DNA from: Candidatus Latescibacterota bacterium
GTDB taxonomy: Bacteria > Latescibacterota > CBDEFO01
Reading direction: 5' to 3'
DNA length: 64,000 nucleotides
Assembly: GCA_965237525.1 (NCBI GenBank)
Contig: CBDEFO010000003.1
Span: 32,001 to 96,000, forward strand
In this document: in pieces, positions 21,065 to 32,387 of the stretch
Layout of the letters: every line of letters begins with the position of its first letter
How positions within the stretch are numbered: the first letter of the stretch is position 1
The notes under the pieces: model-generated
Database searches by the model: none
Told to the model about the DNA's origin: nothing
Seen by the model: only the letters and a program-made list of their open reading frames with translations
Translations under genes and position numbers: made by a program

Positions 21065-22470
21065 CCTGTCCTGGTGGTATTCTCGGCGGCTTTGTCGGGA
21101 CCGATCACGGCCCCCCTGAGGGAGGCGATCCGCTGTTCAAGTGGTTCGTATCGATGTGTCTGATCGTATTGCTTAACGACGCGATCGATCCGGCTAAAGA
21201 CCTTTCTAAAGGCGTCGGCGTAGCGATCCATCAATTCAGCGTCATTGGGCGGGCACATTCGGCGAACCATGAACGAATCGTCCAGTGACTCAAACGTGTT
21301 GGGATAGTCGTGCAGGTCATACGTAACCTCGGAACCCAGCCAGCTCCACGGGCTGCCGTTGCCGTGAGCATTACGGCTCTGGAACAGCGGCTGAGCGGGC
21401 ACAGGGGCCTTCTGCCAGCGTGCCACGTCCACGTTTTCCGCCGCCAGGGCGTTCAACACGGCATCGCGCAAATGGCCCGCTTCGATGTTCAGGTTGAGTT
21501 GTCCGGGATTGACGTGGACCGAGTAGATGTAATAGGTGTGAGTCCTGCCCTCCGGCACGAAAGGCGGCTCCACACCATCTATCGGCTGAAGCTGCTGCGT
21601 CAGGTATTCAGTATTGCGCTGGCAACCGCTGATGTATTCGTCCAGATGCCTCAACCTGACTCGCGCCAGTGCCGAAAGAGTCTCGGCCATCTTGTAGTTC
21701 CAGCCGATCGTTTCGGACATGTACTTTCGATCTTCGGCCTTCATATCGCTGCCCTGCTCGCCGAAAAGGCGAAGCGTGGCGGCGCGTTCATAGACATCCT
21801 TACTGTTGGTGGTCACCAACCCACCTTCACCGACCATCAACTGTTTGGTGGTGCACATGGAGAAGCCGCCTGCGTCACCCAGCGTGCCGACCTTCTTCCC
21901 GTGATAGAGGCTGCCGTAGGCCTGGCAACCGTCTTCGATGACTTTCAGGTTGTGTCGTTGGGCGATCTGGCGGTTGCCGTCCATGTCGGCCGGAAGCCCG
22001 AACAGTTGTACCACCATGATGGCCTTGGTCCGGGCCGTGATCTTCTGCTCGATCTTATTTGTGTCGATCAGAAAGGTCTGAGGATCGGTATCCACGAAGA
22101 CGGGGATGGCGTTCTGATGCAGCACGGCCATGGCCGAGGCGATAAAGGTATGAGCTGGCATAATGACCTCATCGCCTGCCTCGACGCCGACGCCCGACAC
22201 GGCGCAGTGCAGAGCCGCGGTGCCTGAATCGACCGCCACGCAGTACTCGGCACCCGTCCACCGGGCGAACTCTTTCTCGAGCGCGTCAGCCTGCGGCATG
22301 CCGACGGGCAAGGCTATGCTTAAATGCCCGCTTCGCAGAACCGACGCCACAGCTTCGATCTCTTCGTCATTGGCCTTGCGGTAGCGCTCCCAATCGTGGG
22401 CCATCAGATCCATCGGAACCGCCGGTTTTCCGCCTTCCAATGCCAGTTTGTCAGTCAGCAAGTCTCCCAT
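21061..22470 (-). CDS. DegT/DnrJ/EryC1/StrS PLP-dependent sugar aminotransferase
   Basis: SGTAALH, GDEVI, VIEDGCQAYG, FSMCTTKQLMVGEGG (PLP lysine), GWNYKM. Confidence 0.92.
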   Translation of the reverse strand: MGDLLTDKLALEGGKPAVPMDLMAHDWERYRKANDEEIEAVASVLRSGHLSIALPVGMPQADALEKEFARWTGAEYCVAVDSGTAALHCAVSGVGVEAGDEVIMPAHTFIASAMAVLHQNAIPVFVDTDPQTFLIDTNKIEQKITARTKAIMVVQLFGLPADMDGNRQIAQRHNLKVIEDGCQAYGSLYHGKKVGTLGDAGGFSMCTTKQLMVGEGGLVTTNSKDVYERAATLRLFGEQGSDMKAEDRKYMSETIGWNYKMAETLSALARVRLRHLDEYISGCQRNTEYLTQQLQPIDGVEPPFVPEGRTHTYYIYSVHVNPGQLNLNIEAGHLRDAVLNALAAENVDVARWQKAPVPAQPLFQSRNAHGNGSPWSWLGSEVTYDLHDYPNTFESLDDSFMVRRMCPPNDAELMDRYADAFRKVFSRIDRVVKQYDQTHRYEPLEQRIASLRGAVIGPDKAAENTTRTG

Positions 22471-22548
22471 TTCTGTTTTTTGGTAGGGCTATCCAGGACC
22501 ACTGCACCAATGACCGGTGCGCTTTTGCCATGAAAGATCGTATTGACC

Positions 22549-22733
22549 TCATGGCGACGGATCAAAGATGTTGCGGTGATCAGAGTCAAATACTGCATCA
22601 CGAAATGTCCGATCGGCGTTTAGGGATTCAGAGCTGGTACGCCAGTGCACAACCCCGACGTCTCTTAGGCTGAATTGGTTTGAGATGAGAGGCGGCCATC
22701 CTCGTTCACATCGGGCTGAGTGCGGTAGCCCGT
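22549..22733 (-). pseudogene. C-terminal fragment of a BNR/sialidase-fold gene ending ...RNIFDPSP*
   Basis: GYRTQP...(frameshift)...RDVGVVHWRTSSESLNADRTFRDAVFDSDHRNIFDPSP*, homologous to the 13792 C-terminus. Confidence 0.8.
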
Positions 22734-22817
22734 ATGGCAGAATTCGCAGTAAATCAGCAGGGCGATTGCACCAGAGGTTATGCTTCTCATCTGTTCAATT
22801 AGCATAGAGACCAATGA

Positions 22818-23867
22818 TTATTGTTTTTCTTGCGGCTGCAGCGCCAATACATCTTTCAAGTCGTAAATCACAAGCTTCGGGAGGTAGCGAAATCCTTCCA
22901 CCCAGTGCTCTGCACCGGTGCCTTCCTCGTAGTTGATGAACATCTCTTTGTCGGAAAAGTAAATGTTCCGCATAAAGCCCTCAGTCTCAGTGACGACGAC
23001 CGGCCGGCTCCAGCTCTTGCAGTGGTCGTGGCTGACGGCAAAGACCATCGGGGCGCGCGGGAACCAGTAGTTGTGCTCGGAACGCCAGACCGTCGAGTCG
23101 GTTGGTTTGGCGTGACTCCACACGACCACGACCGCGTCGCTTCCGGGCACACGCTGGGCATTCAGCGGCGCCAGCGGTGCAACCAGGCCGGTCGAAGATG
23201 GCTTACCCCACGTTCGCCCGCCATCCTCAGAAAACGCCTGCCACAGATGCCCAAGGCAGGTGCGAAAGACCATCCAGAGCCGGCCGTCGGCCAGCTCCAC
23301 CAGCTTCGGCTCACCAAAACCCTCCGGCCGATCACGATAACCCGGCGGCGGACCAAACAACTCATACAGCCGCCATGTTTGTCCGCTGTCTTCGCTGACA
23401 AGCGCGCCGACAAGTTCCGGTCCCGGCCCTTCACCGCCCATCAGGAAATCAACGCTGACCAGCAACAGGTTCTCTTTGGTCACCAGAATCCGATCGCCGG
23501 CCGGTGCCCATAGCAACTTTTTACCGTTTTCGAGTTGAAAGTGCTTGGGCCACATCAGCAGGCGCTGGCCTCCCGTCCAAGTCTTGCCTTCATCCTCTGA
23601 GCGCCAGATGCGCGTGTCGCCGCCCTGAATGAACAGTTCCTTACCGCGCCGAGCAATCGCTTCAATACCACCCTGCGGCCACGTGCTGATATCCGGCCAA
23701 TCCTGCCAGGTTCGACCCTCATCGCCGCTGGCTATGGCGGATCCGGAGCCTATCAGAACTAGCTCTCCATCCACACTGCGGTGAAAGTTCCACTGGCTCT
23801 TCCAGACATCGACTTCTTCTATGTAGAGTTCAAACACCGGCTGGATCGCTTGATCAGCGCTAGGCAC
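22818..23867 (-). CDS. BNR/Asp-box sialidase-fold protein (no obvious signal peptide)
   Basis: SGDEGRTW, SEDEGKTW, SEDSGQTW, SEDGGRTW, SHDHCKSW; EPKLVELADGRLWMVFRT. Confidence 0.8.
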   Translation of the reverse strand: MPSADQAIQPVFELYIEEVDVWKSQWNFHRSVDGELVLIGSGSAIASGDEGRTWQDWPDISTWPQGGIEAIARRGKELFIQGGDTRIWRSEDEGKTWTGGQRLLMWPKHFQLENGKKLLWAPAGDRILVTKENLLLVSVDFLMGGEGPGPELVGALVSEDSGQTWRLYELFGPPPGYRDRPEGFGEPKLVELADGRLWMVFRTCLGHLWQAFSEDGGRTWGKPSSTGLVAPLAPLNAQRVPGSDAVVVVWSHAKPTDSTVWRSEHNYWFPRAPMVFAVSHDHCKSWSRPVVVTETEGFMRNIYFSDKEMFINYEEGTGAEHWVEGFRYLPKLVIYDLKDVLALQPQEKQ

Positions 23868-24159
23868 ACCTACAGCCCCACGCTGTAAAACCCACCACGA
23901 AACTCAATACCATTAGCTGGATTATCATGAGATCACCTCACCTTGCAGAGAGGTTTGGTAGCTGGTCACAAGCGGAACCCCAAACCTTCCTTATTTACCA
24001 TAATACAATAGCCTCAAGCATTTCCTCCGTCGCGGGAGTAATTATGCCCAGCTTTCAGCCCCCGTCCACCAACCATAGATATGCATCTGTGTGTGGCATC
24101 TACTTCTCTGTCCCGAGATAACGGGGACCAATCACTATCCTGACCCGCACTGCGGCAAA

Positions 24160-25791
24160 TCAAACACCTCGCAGCCCGATGTCAAACGACTCGCCCTTTG
24201 CACGCGCCTTGCAGTACTGATCACAATGCATCAAGGCGGTGTTCGCGCAGGCATTGTAACCCGGCCAGTTCAGCCTGGACAGGGGCCGATCGAAGCGAAG
24301 ATCGAATCCCCAAGTGGAAAACGCCCCGCTTTCCTGCTGGCCCCGAACGATCGCATTGGCCGCAGCGACGGCCTTATTGAAATACTCTTCCTTCTGCGTC
24401 GCCCGATGCAACGCAAGCAGCGCCAGCAGCCAGTTGCCGTTATGCGCCTCCATCGGGAACGGGCAGACATATTGCTCGAGCACCATAGGCGTCGGCGTGA
24501 TCAAGTTGGGACGCAGCGCCGAATTGCCAATATGGCCGTCGCCGACCGCGTACGAATCTCCCTCTTGCCAGATGACAAACTGGTCCTCGACCCATCGGTT
24601 CAGCTCCTCGGACGTCTCCAGGTAAGCCTGATCGTCCTCGCGATAGTGTACTAGGTAATTGATCGTCTCGTTGACAGCCCAGTTTTCCAGGTTGGAGTAA
24701 GGTGGTGCTTCCGGCATGTCCTCGAACATGCCCTCCCAGCGCCGCGTCTTTACCGGATTATTCATGATCCACTGAATCGCTTTGCGCCGCGCCTTTTCGT
24801 ACGCACTTTGCGGCTCGATCGCTTCAAGCAGGCCAAAGAAGCGAGCCTGCGTCGCCATATTCGAGGTGTACTCATGAACAATCGAACCATCTGCCGGATC
24901 GACGCGGAATGGCCATGACCCGTCGTCGCGCTGAATCTTCGCCAGCACGTTGGCCAGGTGCCGGGCATATTCCAGGTATGCCTCGTCGCCGAAAGTCTCA
25001 AACAGGGCGATCATCACGATGCCAAGACGCGCTGCGCGGAAGATTGTATTTCCGTAGCCCTCTTCTTTCAGTACTCCGCCTTTAAGCACCGAGTATGGAA
25101 ACAGGCTGCAGTACGACTCTTTCGGATGGCGACTGACCAAGAACCAATCACCAAACACTTTCGCCTGACGTCTGGCTTCGCTTGCCATCTCATCATCGGG
25201 GAAATATTCACAGAAAGTCAGAAACGACCTGATGTGTCCAGCGCCGTTCAGGCAGGGACACGCCACGCTTGACCAACGCTGCCCCGTCACACTGTCCTCC
25301 ATGCACGACCAGATGCCTCGCGGTAAACCTTTTTCGAAATCCTCTACACGATCCCGCGGCGGCGCCAGCAAATACTCCATGTTACGCCGCACGGCCGCAA
25401 CCCAATCCAGCGGCTCGGCCCTGCGACCATCGTAGCCCTGCACCTTGTAGAAACTCTTCGTCTGAGAATTGCACACTTCCGTTCCGTCAGCTCCGACGCC
25501 CAGGATCATCGCGTCGATCGGCCCGATCGGCAGTTGATCCCAGATATCTGACATATCAAACTGCGGCTGATCAACCTTGTAATCCTTCGCCTTCTGTTTC
25601 CCGATCGCCAGCTTTACAACATAGCCCGCAGCGTCCGGAATGGCGCCCCACGTCCACGTGGGCGCGGAAACAAAACGCGAAGACCAGACGTTCCAGCCTT
25701 CCAGCACGATGTTCACAATATTTCGGGCCGTAACTGGTCGGACGGTTGGAGCGCTTGTCCTTGTACCCGGTGCCTCCATCTGTGATTCCAT
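24160..25791 (-). CDS. Hypothetical protein, probable (alpha/alpha)-barrel glycosidase/lyase-like fold
   Basis: 543 aa; repeated helical motifs LFETFGDEAYLEYA...IQRDDGSW and LHRATQKEEYFNKA...GQQESGAF, typical of six-hairpin/QW-repeat barrels; RBS AGGAGA. Confidence 0.5.
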   Translation of the reverse strand: MESQMEAPGTRTSAPTVRPVTARNIVNIVLEGWNVWSSRFVSAPTWTWGAIPDAAGYVVKLAIGKQKAKDYKVDQPQFDMSDIWDQLPIGPIDAMILGVGADGTEVCNSQTKSFYKVQGYDGRRAEPLDWVAAVRRNMEYLLAPPRDRVEDFEKGLPRGIWSCMEDSVTGQRWSSVACPCLNGAGHIRSFLTFCEYFPDDEMASEARRQAKVFGDWFLVSRHPKESYCSLFPYSVLKGGVLKEEGYGNTIFRAARLGIVMIALFETFGDEAYLEYARHLANVLAKIQRDDGSWPFRVDPADGSIVHEYTSNMATQARFFGLLEAIEPQSAYEKARRKAIQWIMNNPVKTRRWEGMFEDMPEAPPYSNLENWAVNETINYLVHYREDDQAYLETSEELNRWVEDQFVIWQEGDSYAVGDGHIGNSALRPNLITPTPMVLEQYVCPFPMEAHNGNWLLALLALHRATQKEEYFNKAVAAANAIVRGQQESGAFSTWGFDLRFDRPLSRLNWPGYNACANTALMHCDQYCKARAKGESFDIGLRGV

Positions 25792-25869
25792 GTCAGTCTC
25801 CTGTATTCCTGGATCCCGCGCATACCCCGGTGGCGAGCACCTCGTCGTAGCGCCAAGTGAACCGCCAGC

Positions 25870-26555
25870 TACTGGTGGGGCTTGTCAACGGTGGCGATCA
25901 GCAGCAGACGATTGTTCGCGGGAATGCAAAGTGTCCGATGGTTGCCGCCAGGATCATGCTTGAAAATTGCAAAATGAAAGATCGGGCCAGCCGTCGTGGT
26001 TGAAAGCAGCCACCATCATCCCGAGCGCTGACGCCTACAGGGCAGAGAACGTCGGAATAGAAGTCCGATACTTAGGGCTCAGACCTTCAGGTCCACCCCA
26101 GTAGATGAAACCCTAACCACAGGATCGGGCACCCACATATAATTGAGTATGATAACGTCTGTATAACCCTCACCATCCAAGTCGCTTACGCACTGTGAAG
26201 ATGAATGCCGCGTGGGCAACATTAATCTTGCGTCAGGACTCGGCTTGCCATCTGGCTGAAGATAGACCCATGATGGCTCGTATTCTATCAGATCGTGCGA
26301 GTTACCGAAATACAGATCGATATCCCCGTCGTTATTGACGTCCCACGTGCGTATCATCTGAGCGCGCTCACCGCAAGACACATAGAAGTTCGCACCCGCC
26401 GCGTCAAAAGCACCCTTCGAGAAGTCCTCCCCGATTGAACCTATCGGGGAAGCCGCTAGTAACCCAAGAGGCTCTCTCGGACCTGAGATATTGCGGCGCA
26501 GAGCAGCAGTGACGTCAAGACAAGTGTATTTTTCAGCCTTTTGTGTCCTTGCCAA
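25870..26555 (-). pseudogene. Collapsed duplicate of the FG-GAP gene (plus a short BNR-gene remnant)
   Basis: 26040-26550 matches about 17470-17970 and is joined directly to 25925-26035, which matches about 15600-15695 (internal deletion of about 1.8 kb); frameshifts present. Confidence 0.85.
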
Positions 26556-26634
26556 ATTCCCGTCTGGTCAAGGCACCCAGCCGATCGTTAAGCGTTCGCT
26601 CTGGTTTGCGTCGACCATGTGGGAAGACGATCAC

Positions 26635-27414
26635 CTACTGCATTGCATGCACCTCGTCTGCAATGGTTTTGGCACCGTCAAAGATGTGGCCGACTTCTTC
26701 GCCCAGCGCGAACCACTTCATGCCCTTTGCGCGCCACTCCCTGACTTGATCCAGATCGGTCCCGATCGAGCAGCCGACATGCAGTCCAGCCTCGACTCCT
26801 TTCGTGATGACAGTGTCAATCGCTTCGAGAACTTCAGGGTCGGTGTGCTGGCCGAGCTTGTTCAGCGTCCCGGAGAGGTCGTTGCGGCCAAGGCTGAGCC
26901 CGTCGAGCCCCGGTATACGCGTGATCGCATCCAGATCCCGCACGGCTTGAATCGTCTCGATGTGTGCGAAGACCATGATCTGTTCGTCGGCCGTCTCCAG
27001 GTGTTCGGCCATGGAGTTCTTCCCGTACATGTTGCGGATCGGCCCGAATCCGCGGTTGCCCTTCGGTGGATACTTGCATGCCTTAACCATCTCCGACGTC
27101 TGGTCGGCTGACTCGAGCATGGAAACGATGATTCCCGCCGGCGCCAGGTCCAGGAACGGCTTGATCAGATTCCGATCGGGATGGGAGATCCGCACAAGCG
27201 GAGCCGTTTGCGTACCGCGACAGGCCATGATATGTCCCATCGCGTCCGAAAGGCCCATGTGGGAGTGTTCCATCTCGATCCAGAGAAAGTCGTTGCCGGC
27301 CTCCGCAGCCAGCTCGCTTACTAATGGATCACACAGTTGCACCGACGTGCCGACGCAGATCTTGTTTTCGTCGAGCCTCTTACGGAACCGCTCGACATTA
27401 TTAACGGAACTCAT
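26635..27414 (-). CDS. HpcH/HpaI (KDG/HKHD-type) class II aldolase
   Basis: DFLWIEMEHS, KYPPKGNRGFG, HIETIQAV, GRNDLS; ATG 27414 follows GGAGG. Confidence 0.9.
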   Translation of the reverse strand: MSSVNNVERFRKRLDENKICVGTSVQLCDPLVSELAAEAGNDFLWIEMEHSHMGLSDAMGHIMACRGTQTAPLVRISHPDRNLIKPFLDLAPAGIIVSMLESADQTSEMVKACKYPPKGNRGFGPIRNMYGKNSMAEHLETADEQIMVFAHIETIQAVRDLDAITRIPGLDGLSLGRNDLSGTLNKLGQHTDPEVLEAIDTVITKGVEAGLHVGCSIGTDLDQVREWRAKGMKWFALGEEVGHIFDGAKTIADEVHAMQ

Positions 27415-28185
27415 CAGGGGTGCCTCCACTGGAATGGGTTTGAATTTGACGACATAAGAGCAGGCTTTACGGAGCCGAATGAGCTGACCTCCTGGATCAT
27501 AGGGCACCCGCGGCTAACAGCTCGTTGATAGCTGATGTGTCCTCTGCCTTGCTTACGCGGCGGAGCCACCGCTCGTACAGAGTTGTGACGTCATATGCCT
27601 TGCCTACTTAGCTAGACTATAGTTGGACTTCTGTGCTTGAATGGGATCCACCCTGTGGCAGCAGAGATGTTTGAGGGCAGCGTCTCAATAGGTATCAGGT
27701 AAGGACTTAGATGTGCGGGATTGAATCCTTGGCCTCTCCGCCACCGACATCAGGACCTCCTGCGAAAGCTCTTACTTTTGGGCACAGTTTTGAGACAACG
27801 CTTTCAAACCGTTGAGACGTGAGAACCTCTGTGTGTAAGAAATCTATTTTAACTATGTTAGGTAAGGTAATCTTAGCAAAGCTGTTTCTACTAGTTCGTA
27901 TACATTTATGCGCTTTTCGATGGTTTTCCAAACGATTTGGGAACTGTGTGGGCAATGTATTAGGTATCTTGTCAGATCTCATCTGGTTTTTCATGCCTGA
28001 AAAAGATAGAGATTTGCCTTTGAGAAGTCAAGCTAAAATTTGTTCTTCCTCCTCAAAGTCCACCAAGTCTCTCCGAGCAAGTACTCATTCAAGTTTACGC
28101 ACAGACTTACATACTACCCCAGGTTGTTTAGTTGTTGTCGAAATCGAAGGGAGCGACAGTCCATATTAGGTTCTATCCGGTCATC

Positions 28186-28709
28186 ATGTTTGGAGTGCGC
28201 GGCCGTTAGTTAGCGTTCAACGCACGGGGAATAGATGAGAGTCCAGTACAGACTACCTGCCAGGTTAAGTCCATCAGCAGGGCGAAGACGTTTTCTCGGA
28301 TGTCTCTGATGAAAAAGTCTTGAAAGGGGCTCTGTACGCCTGGTCTGAGGTAGTTGCCAGGGGACTCAGGCGAAAGCGACTGACGTGTCGCACAGTCAGA
28401 TTGAAGTTGCGCTGGCCCGATTTTTCGACCCTGAAGAGGCAAGCTACCATGAGAGATCCTACCGATCTGGATGAGGTGATCTATGCTGAAGTGGTTCGTC
28501 TCTTTGAACGATATTGGATTCCGGGACAGCCAGTGAGGTTGTTAGGCGTAGGTGTAAGAAACTTGAGTGGAGATACGCGTCAATTGAAGCTGTGGGATGA
28601 GGAGATAGAAAAGAAAGAGCGCTTGCAAGAAGCAGTCGACTCACTACGTAAGCGATTTGGGGAAAGGGCAGTTAGGTCATGTAGAGCAATGATGAGAGGA
28701 GACATTTGA
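28186..28709 (+). pseudogene. dinB: DNA polymerase IV (Y-family) C-terminal remnant
   Basis: FGVRGR*LAFNARGIDESPV...KSISRAKTF then a frameshift to little-finger domain RTVRLKLRWPDF...PVRLLGVGV...AVDSLRKRFG; catalytic N-terminus absent. Confidence 0.85.
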
Positions 28710-28852
28710 CATCTGTCTATCTTCCTTGAATCATCGCTATACTAGGTTACTTCTATACTCGTTTGAGTCTCTGTCATTAGGGGTTTCGGCACTTCCGGCT
28801 AACCCAAAGCTATCCGACTATCCAAGCGCACCTTTTGAAACTCCTAAAAGCC

Positions 28853-29885
28853 CTAATCCCGCCAGTCGAAAATGACGCCCAACATGGACTTCTCTCTGCG
28901 GTAGGCCATCTCGTAGACCTGGGCCATCTCCGTATAGTGGAAGCGGTGAGTGATCAGGCGTTTGGGCTCCAGGCGACCCTCTTCCATCAGGGAGAGAATA
29001 TAGGCACAGTCCCGATCCGCTGCGAAGCGGTCTTCCACCATAGTAGCGTATTGGGTGTCGTTCGGGTATAAATAACCCGCTGATCCCGAGACAGCGATCA
29101 GTGAAATACCTTTGATATAGAAAAGATCCATAGCCAACGGATTAAAATCCAGCGGGGTCTCTCCGCGACCGAGGAGGCTGACGATGGAAACGCGACCGTT
29201 TGGCCGCACGATCTGCAGGGCTGTACGGTAAGCAGGCCAGGGATTCGCAGTGAGGATAACCAGGTCGAGGCCCACGCCGTCAGTAAAGGTGTCCAGCTTT
29301 GCTTCGAGGTCAGGATCGTCGGACATGTAGGCGGCATGAGCACCCATCCGATCTGCCATTTCCAGGCGGATGGGGCTATTGCCAAGACTCACCACACGGG
29401 CTCCGAAGAGCGGGCCGAGAGCAACCGCACCCAGACCGAGCACACCCCAGACCGACGACCGCTACATTTTCCCCCGGTTGGAAATGGGCTTTACGATAAC
29501 AGAGGGAGCTGAGAGCGTAGAGGTGGGCAAAGACAGCATCCTCTGAATCCACGCCATCCGGGACTTTGACCATGCTGGCTGCCTGGTCGGTTATGTATTC
29601 GGATTGATGAGGCTGCCTGGTCACCACTCGATCTCCCACCTGAAAACGGGTGACCTGTTTGCCCACATCCTTCACAATGCCCAGATTGCTGTCGCCGACC
29701 CATCTGGGGTAGTCGGGTGCGCCCGGGACCCTTTCGGCTCCTTCGTAGTTGCCGCGGTCGGTACCGATTTTAAAAGCGGAAATCTGAGTCTTGATCCAGA
29801 TTTCGTCTGGCTTCAGATTGTCAGTGTTCAGGGACTGCTCCTCAAGGCGAAGGTCTCTCGGACCGTGAAGAATAGCAATTTTCAT
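28853..29885 (-). CDS. Medium-chain (zinc-binding ADH family) dehydrogenase, frameshifted near 29445
   Basis: MKIAILHGPRDL...VGDRVV...VAVVGLG|VLGLGA; one extra G in a GGGG run breaks the GxGxxG motif; C-terminal LITHRF. Confidence 0.82.
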
Positions 29886-29934
29886 GGGGGATCTCCTTAG
29901 CCCGAATAATTCACACAAAAAGGCCGTGTATTAA

Positions 29935-31453
29935 AAGCCTTGTGAAATAGTTATGTCCCAGGCAGCGTCTGAAGCGCCGATTATGGGTCAAAGAGTAGCA
30001 TATCGTATCGTTTTGCTGTGGAATAAGCAAAATAGTCTTATCAGAGTTCTGGTCAGCAAGGAACAGGAGCTGTTTGAAGAACAGGATGCACTGTCTTTGA
30101 CAGACAGGGCACACATAGACGCTTTCCCCCTTCTTATGAAAGATACAAGCCTCTTGAGATTCTGTACTGTTGCAACAAGATTCAACTGTTCATTCAGTGA
30201 GGCTGGTCCTCTGTAACGGGCTCGTCCCATACCGTATTGTTGCCTGGCTTCAGCAAAGATATGTTCACTGCGTTTACGGAGTCTCCGGGAGAGTTTGTAG
30301 TCAGCTGTTAATGAGATAGACCGTGCATGATTTCTGGCTTTCGCCTCTCGCACTTTTCTATCCCGTTCGGCCTGAATATGTGCTGAATTTGTCTTGTTTT
30401 TCCATGTAGGAATCGGTTCAATCTTCTCATCGGCTCGCAGAGGAATATGGGGTATGATTCCCCGGTCAAGTACATCAGCGATAAAATTACCAGAACCGTA
30501 ACCGGTATCGGCACTAAGTGTCTGAATGTCTTTGGGCATGGTCTATGTTTCAAGGTCATCTACCATCTTAAGGGCACTTTCGGGCTCTGCTGTCCCTGTC
30601 GCCTGCGTGCCCTGAGTCTCAAGGATTACTCTGCTTTTTGTGTCGATCAGATCATGGCCCATAAACGAGAGAAAAGCCCCTTTGCCCTTCGATTTGCTGT
30701 ATAAGCGCGCGTCGGGGTCTGTAGTCGAACGGTGTGTTTGGTTCGTCCACTTTTCACCATGAAAGTCTTTATCCTGAGGATGCCCGGACCTACCCTTTGT
30801 CTTATCACCTTCAAAACCGATTCCCTTGAGATAATCATCAAGAGAAAAAGGGGGTTCTATCGGCTCAATACTTTTCACTGAAGCATCAGCTTGTATCTGA
30901 GTGCCGTCGACACTAAGGTGTTTACCGCTCACAACACCGACATCTATGCAACACTGGACTACCTGACGCATTATCCGTTCAAACAACCCACTGGATGCCC
31001 ACTTGTGATTGCGAAGCTTGTTGATCGTGCTCCTATCCGGAACCGCATCATCAAATGTCTGATGACAAAACAACCGATATGCCGCATGCATCCCCACTTC
31101 CTGACAGAGCCGATTCTCACTCAAATTATACAGATAGCCAATAAGGATCATTCGAACAACTAATTCAGGATCAATACCGGGTCTGCCATTGTCAGGGCAA
31201 TAACAATCTGATACAACGTCTCGTACAAATGAAAAATCAACTGCCTCATCAATCTGACGAAGGATATGATCCTCGGGAACTAAATCCTCCATCTGAAAAT
31301 AGTGAAACATCGGATTTGTCTGTTCCTGCTTTTGTGGGGTCATTGTTTCCTCCATGTATAATATTATCAATAACATAATATAATACATCGGAGCTGCTTT
31401 ATCAATGCTTGTTCTATACTACTTTCTGAATCTAAGGGTTTTTCACAAGGCTT
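29935..31453 (-). mobile_element. IS1182-like insertion sequence, copy A (1519 bp)
   Basis: Terminal inverted repeats AAGCCTTGTGAAA/TTTCACAAGGCTT; TTAA duplicated on both flanks; near-identical to three other copies. Confidence 0.92.
29988..31343 (-). pseudogene. DDE transposase with premature TAG (TAC>TAG at 30543)
   Basis: Split ORFs 30543..31388 and 29988..30539; the other copies have TAC at this codon. Confidence 0.9.
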
Positions 31454-31500
31454 TTAATTAAGGGATTGTATTATAGTTATGCCGTTTAACCACGTTCGGT

Positions 31501-31621
31501 GTCATTGCGAGCCGAAGGCGAAGCAATCTCGATTCTGTGGTAGATGTAATACTCTCGGGCTCTCATAGGAGACCACTATAAAACCTTGAGATTGCTTCGT
31601 CGCTTTGTTCCTCGCAATGAC
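31501..31621. repeat. Palindromic intergenic element GTCATTGCGAG...GAAGCAATCTC / GAGATTGCTTCG...CTCGCAATGAC
   Basis: Inverted arms at 31501-31530 and 31588-31621; a partial second copy at 32861-32888. Confidence 0.7.
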
Positions 31622-32387
31622 TCCACTAAGTTTATGAATTAATCGGGTTAGGGTCTCTACTCCATCGGGCCCTTCTTTAACTCATCTGATACCAGCATTG
31701 CCACCGCGTGTTGATACAAAGGCTATCTTACTCCCGTCCGGGACCAAGAAAGGTGGCAGTACATGTAACCCTCCATGTAGTCGGCAATCGGGCCTGGCGT
31801 GCCCCTTCAGCGCTCATCACATAAATTACCCTTTTTCCAGCATAGCATGACACAAAAGACGATCTTGGTTTTGAAAAGATTCTGTGCAAGGCAGATGCAT
31901 TCAAAGGAACTCGCAGGATCATAATAGTATAGAAGACTTTCCATATCATCATTAGAGATTCCCTTTCTTCGACAAACTATATAGTGAATCTATGGCAGGG
32001 TGAGCTTATGTTCGAGAGGAAAGATACAAAGGTACGATACCGATCAATTTGGTGGGATGATACAAAATAAGACGGCGGACGTCAATCAAATTGTTCGGTG
32101 AAGGGCTCACAACAAAATCCTACTCTTTACAGTGAAGCACATGCCTTGTACCGTAGTTACCACCGCTGGTGTCCAAATAGTGTCCATACCCTGCAAAAAG
32201 TGGTTCGGACAAACCAGTTACTTCACCCACAATCGTTCTGTTTATCCGTGCACTAATTTTTCAAAAGAATCGGAGCAGATGCGAGGCAATGTTGACCTTG
32301 CATTTCCCACTAGTTTCTACGAGATCTCTACTGTAACAGGCTGGAACATCACAAAGTAACACGAAACAGGAAGGAAAACCCTGAGCA

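Noticed and set aside
1498..22733. Integron attC sites
   Set aside because: The recurring junction is protein-coding tail sequence, lacks RYYYAAC/GTTRRRY palindromic ends, and no intI is seen.
27707..28170. AT-rich remnant of a nuclease/defence gene
   Set aside because: Only a faint FE...GPDxG resemblance with stops upstream; not supportable.
30543..30545. Pyrrolysine/amber read-through in transposase A
   Set aside because: The other three copies have TAC; a simple nonsense mutation explains it.
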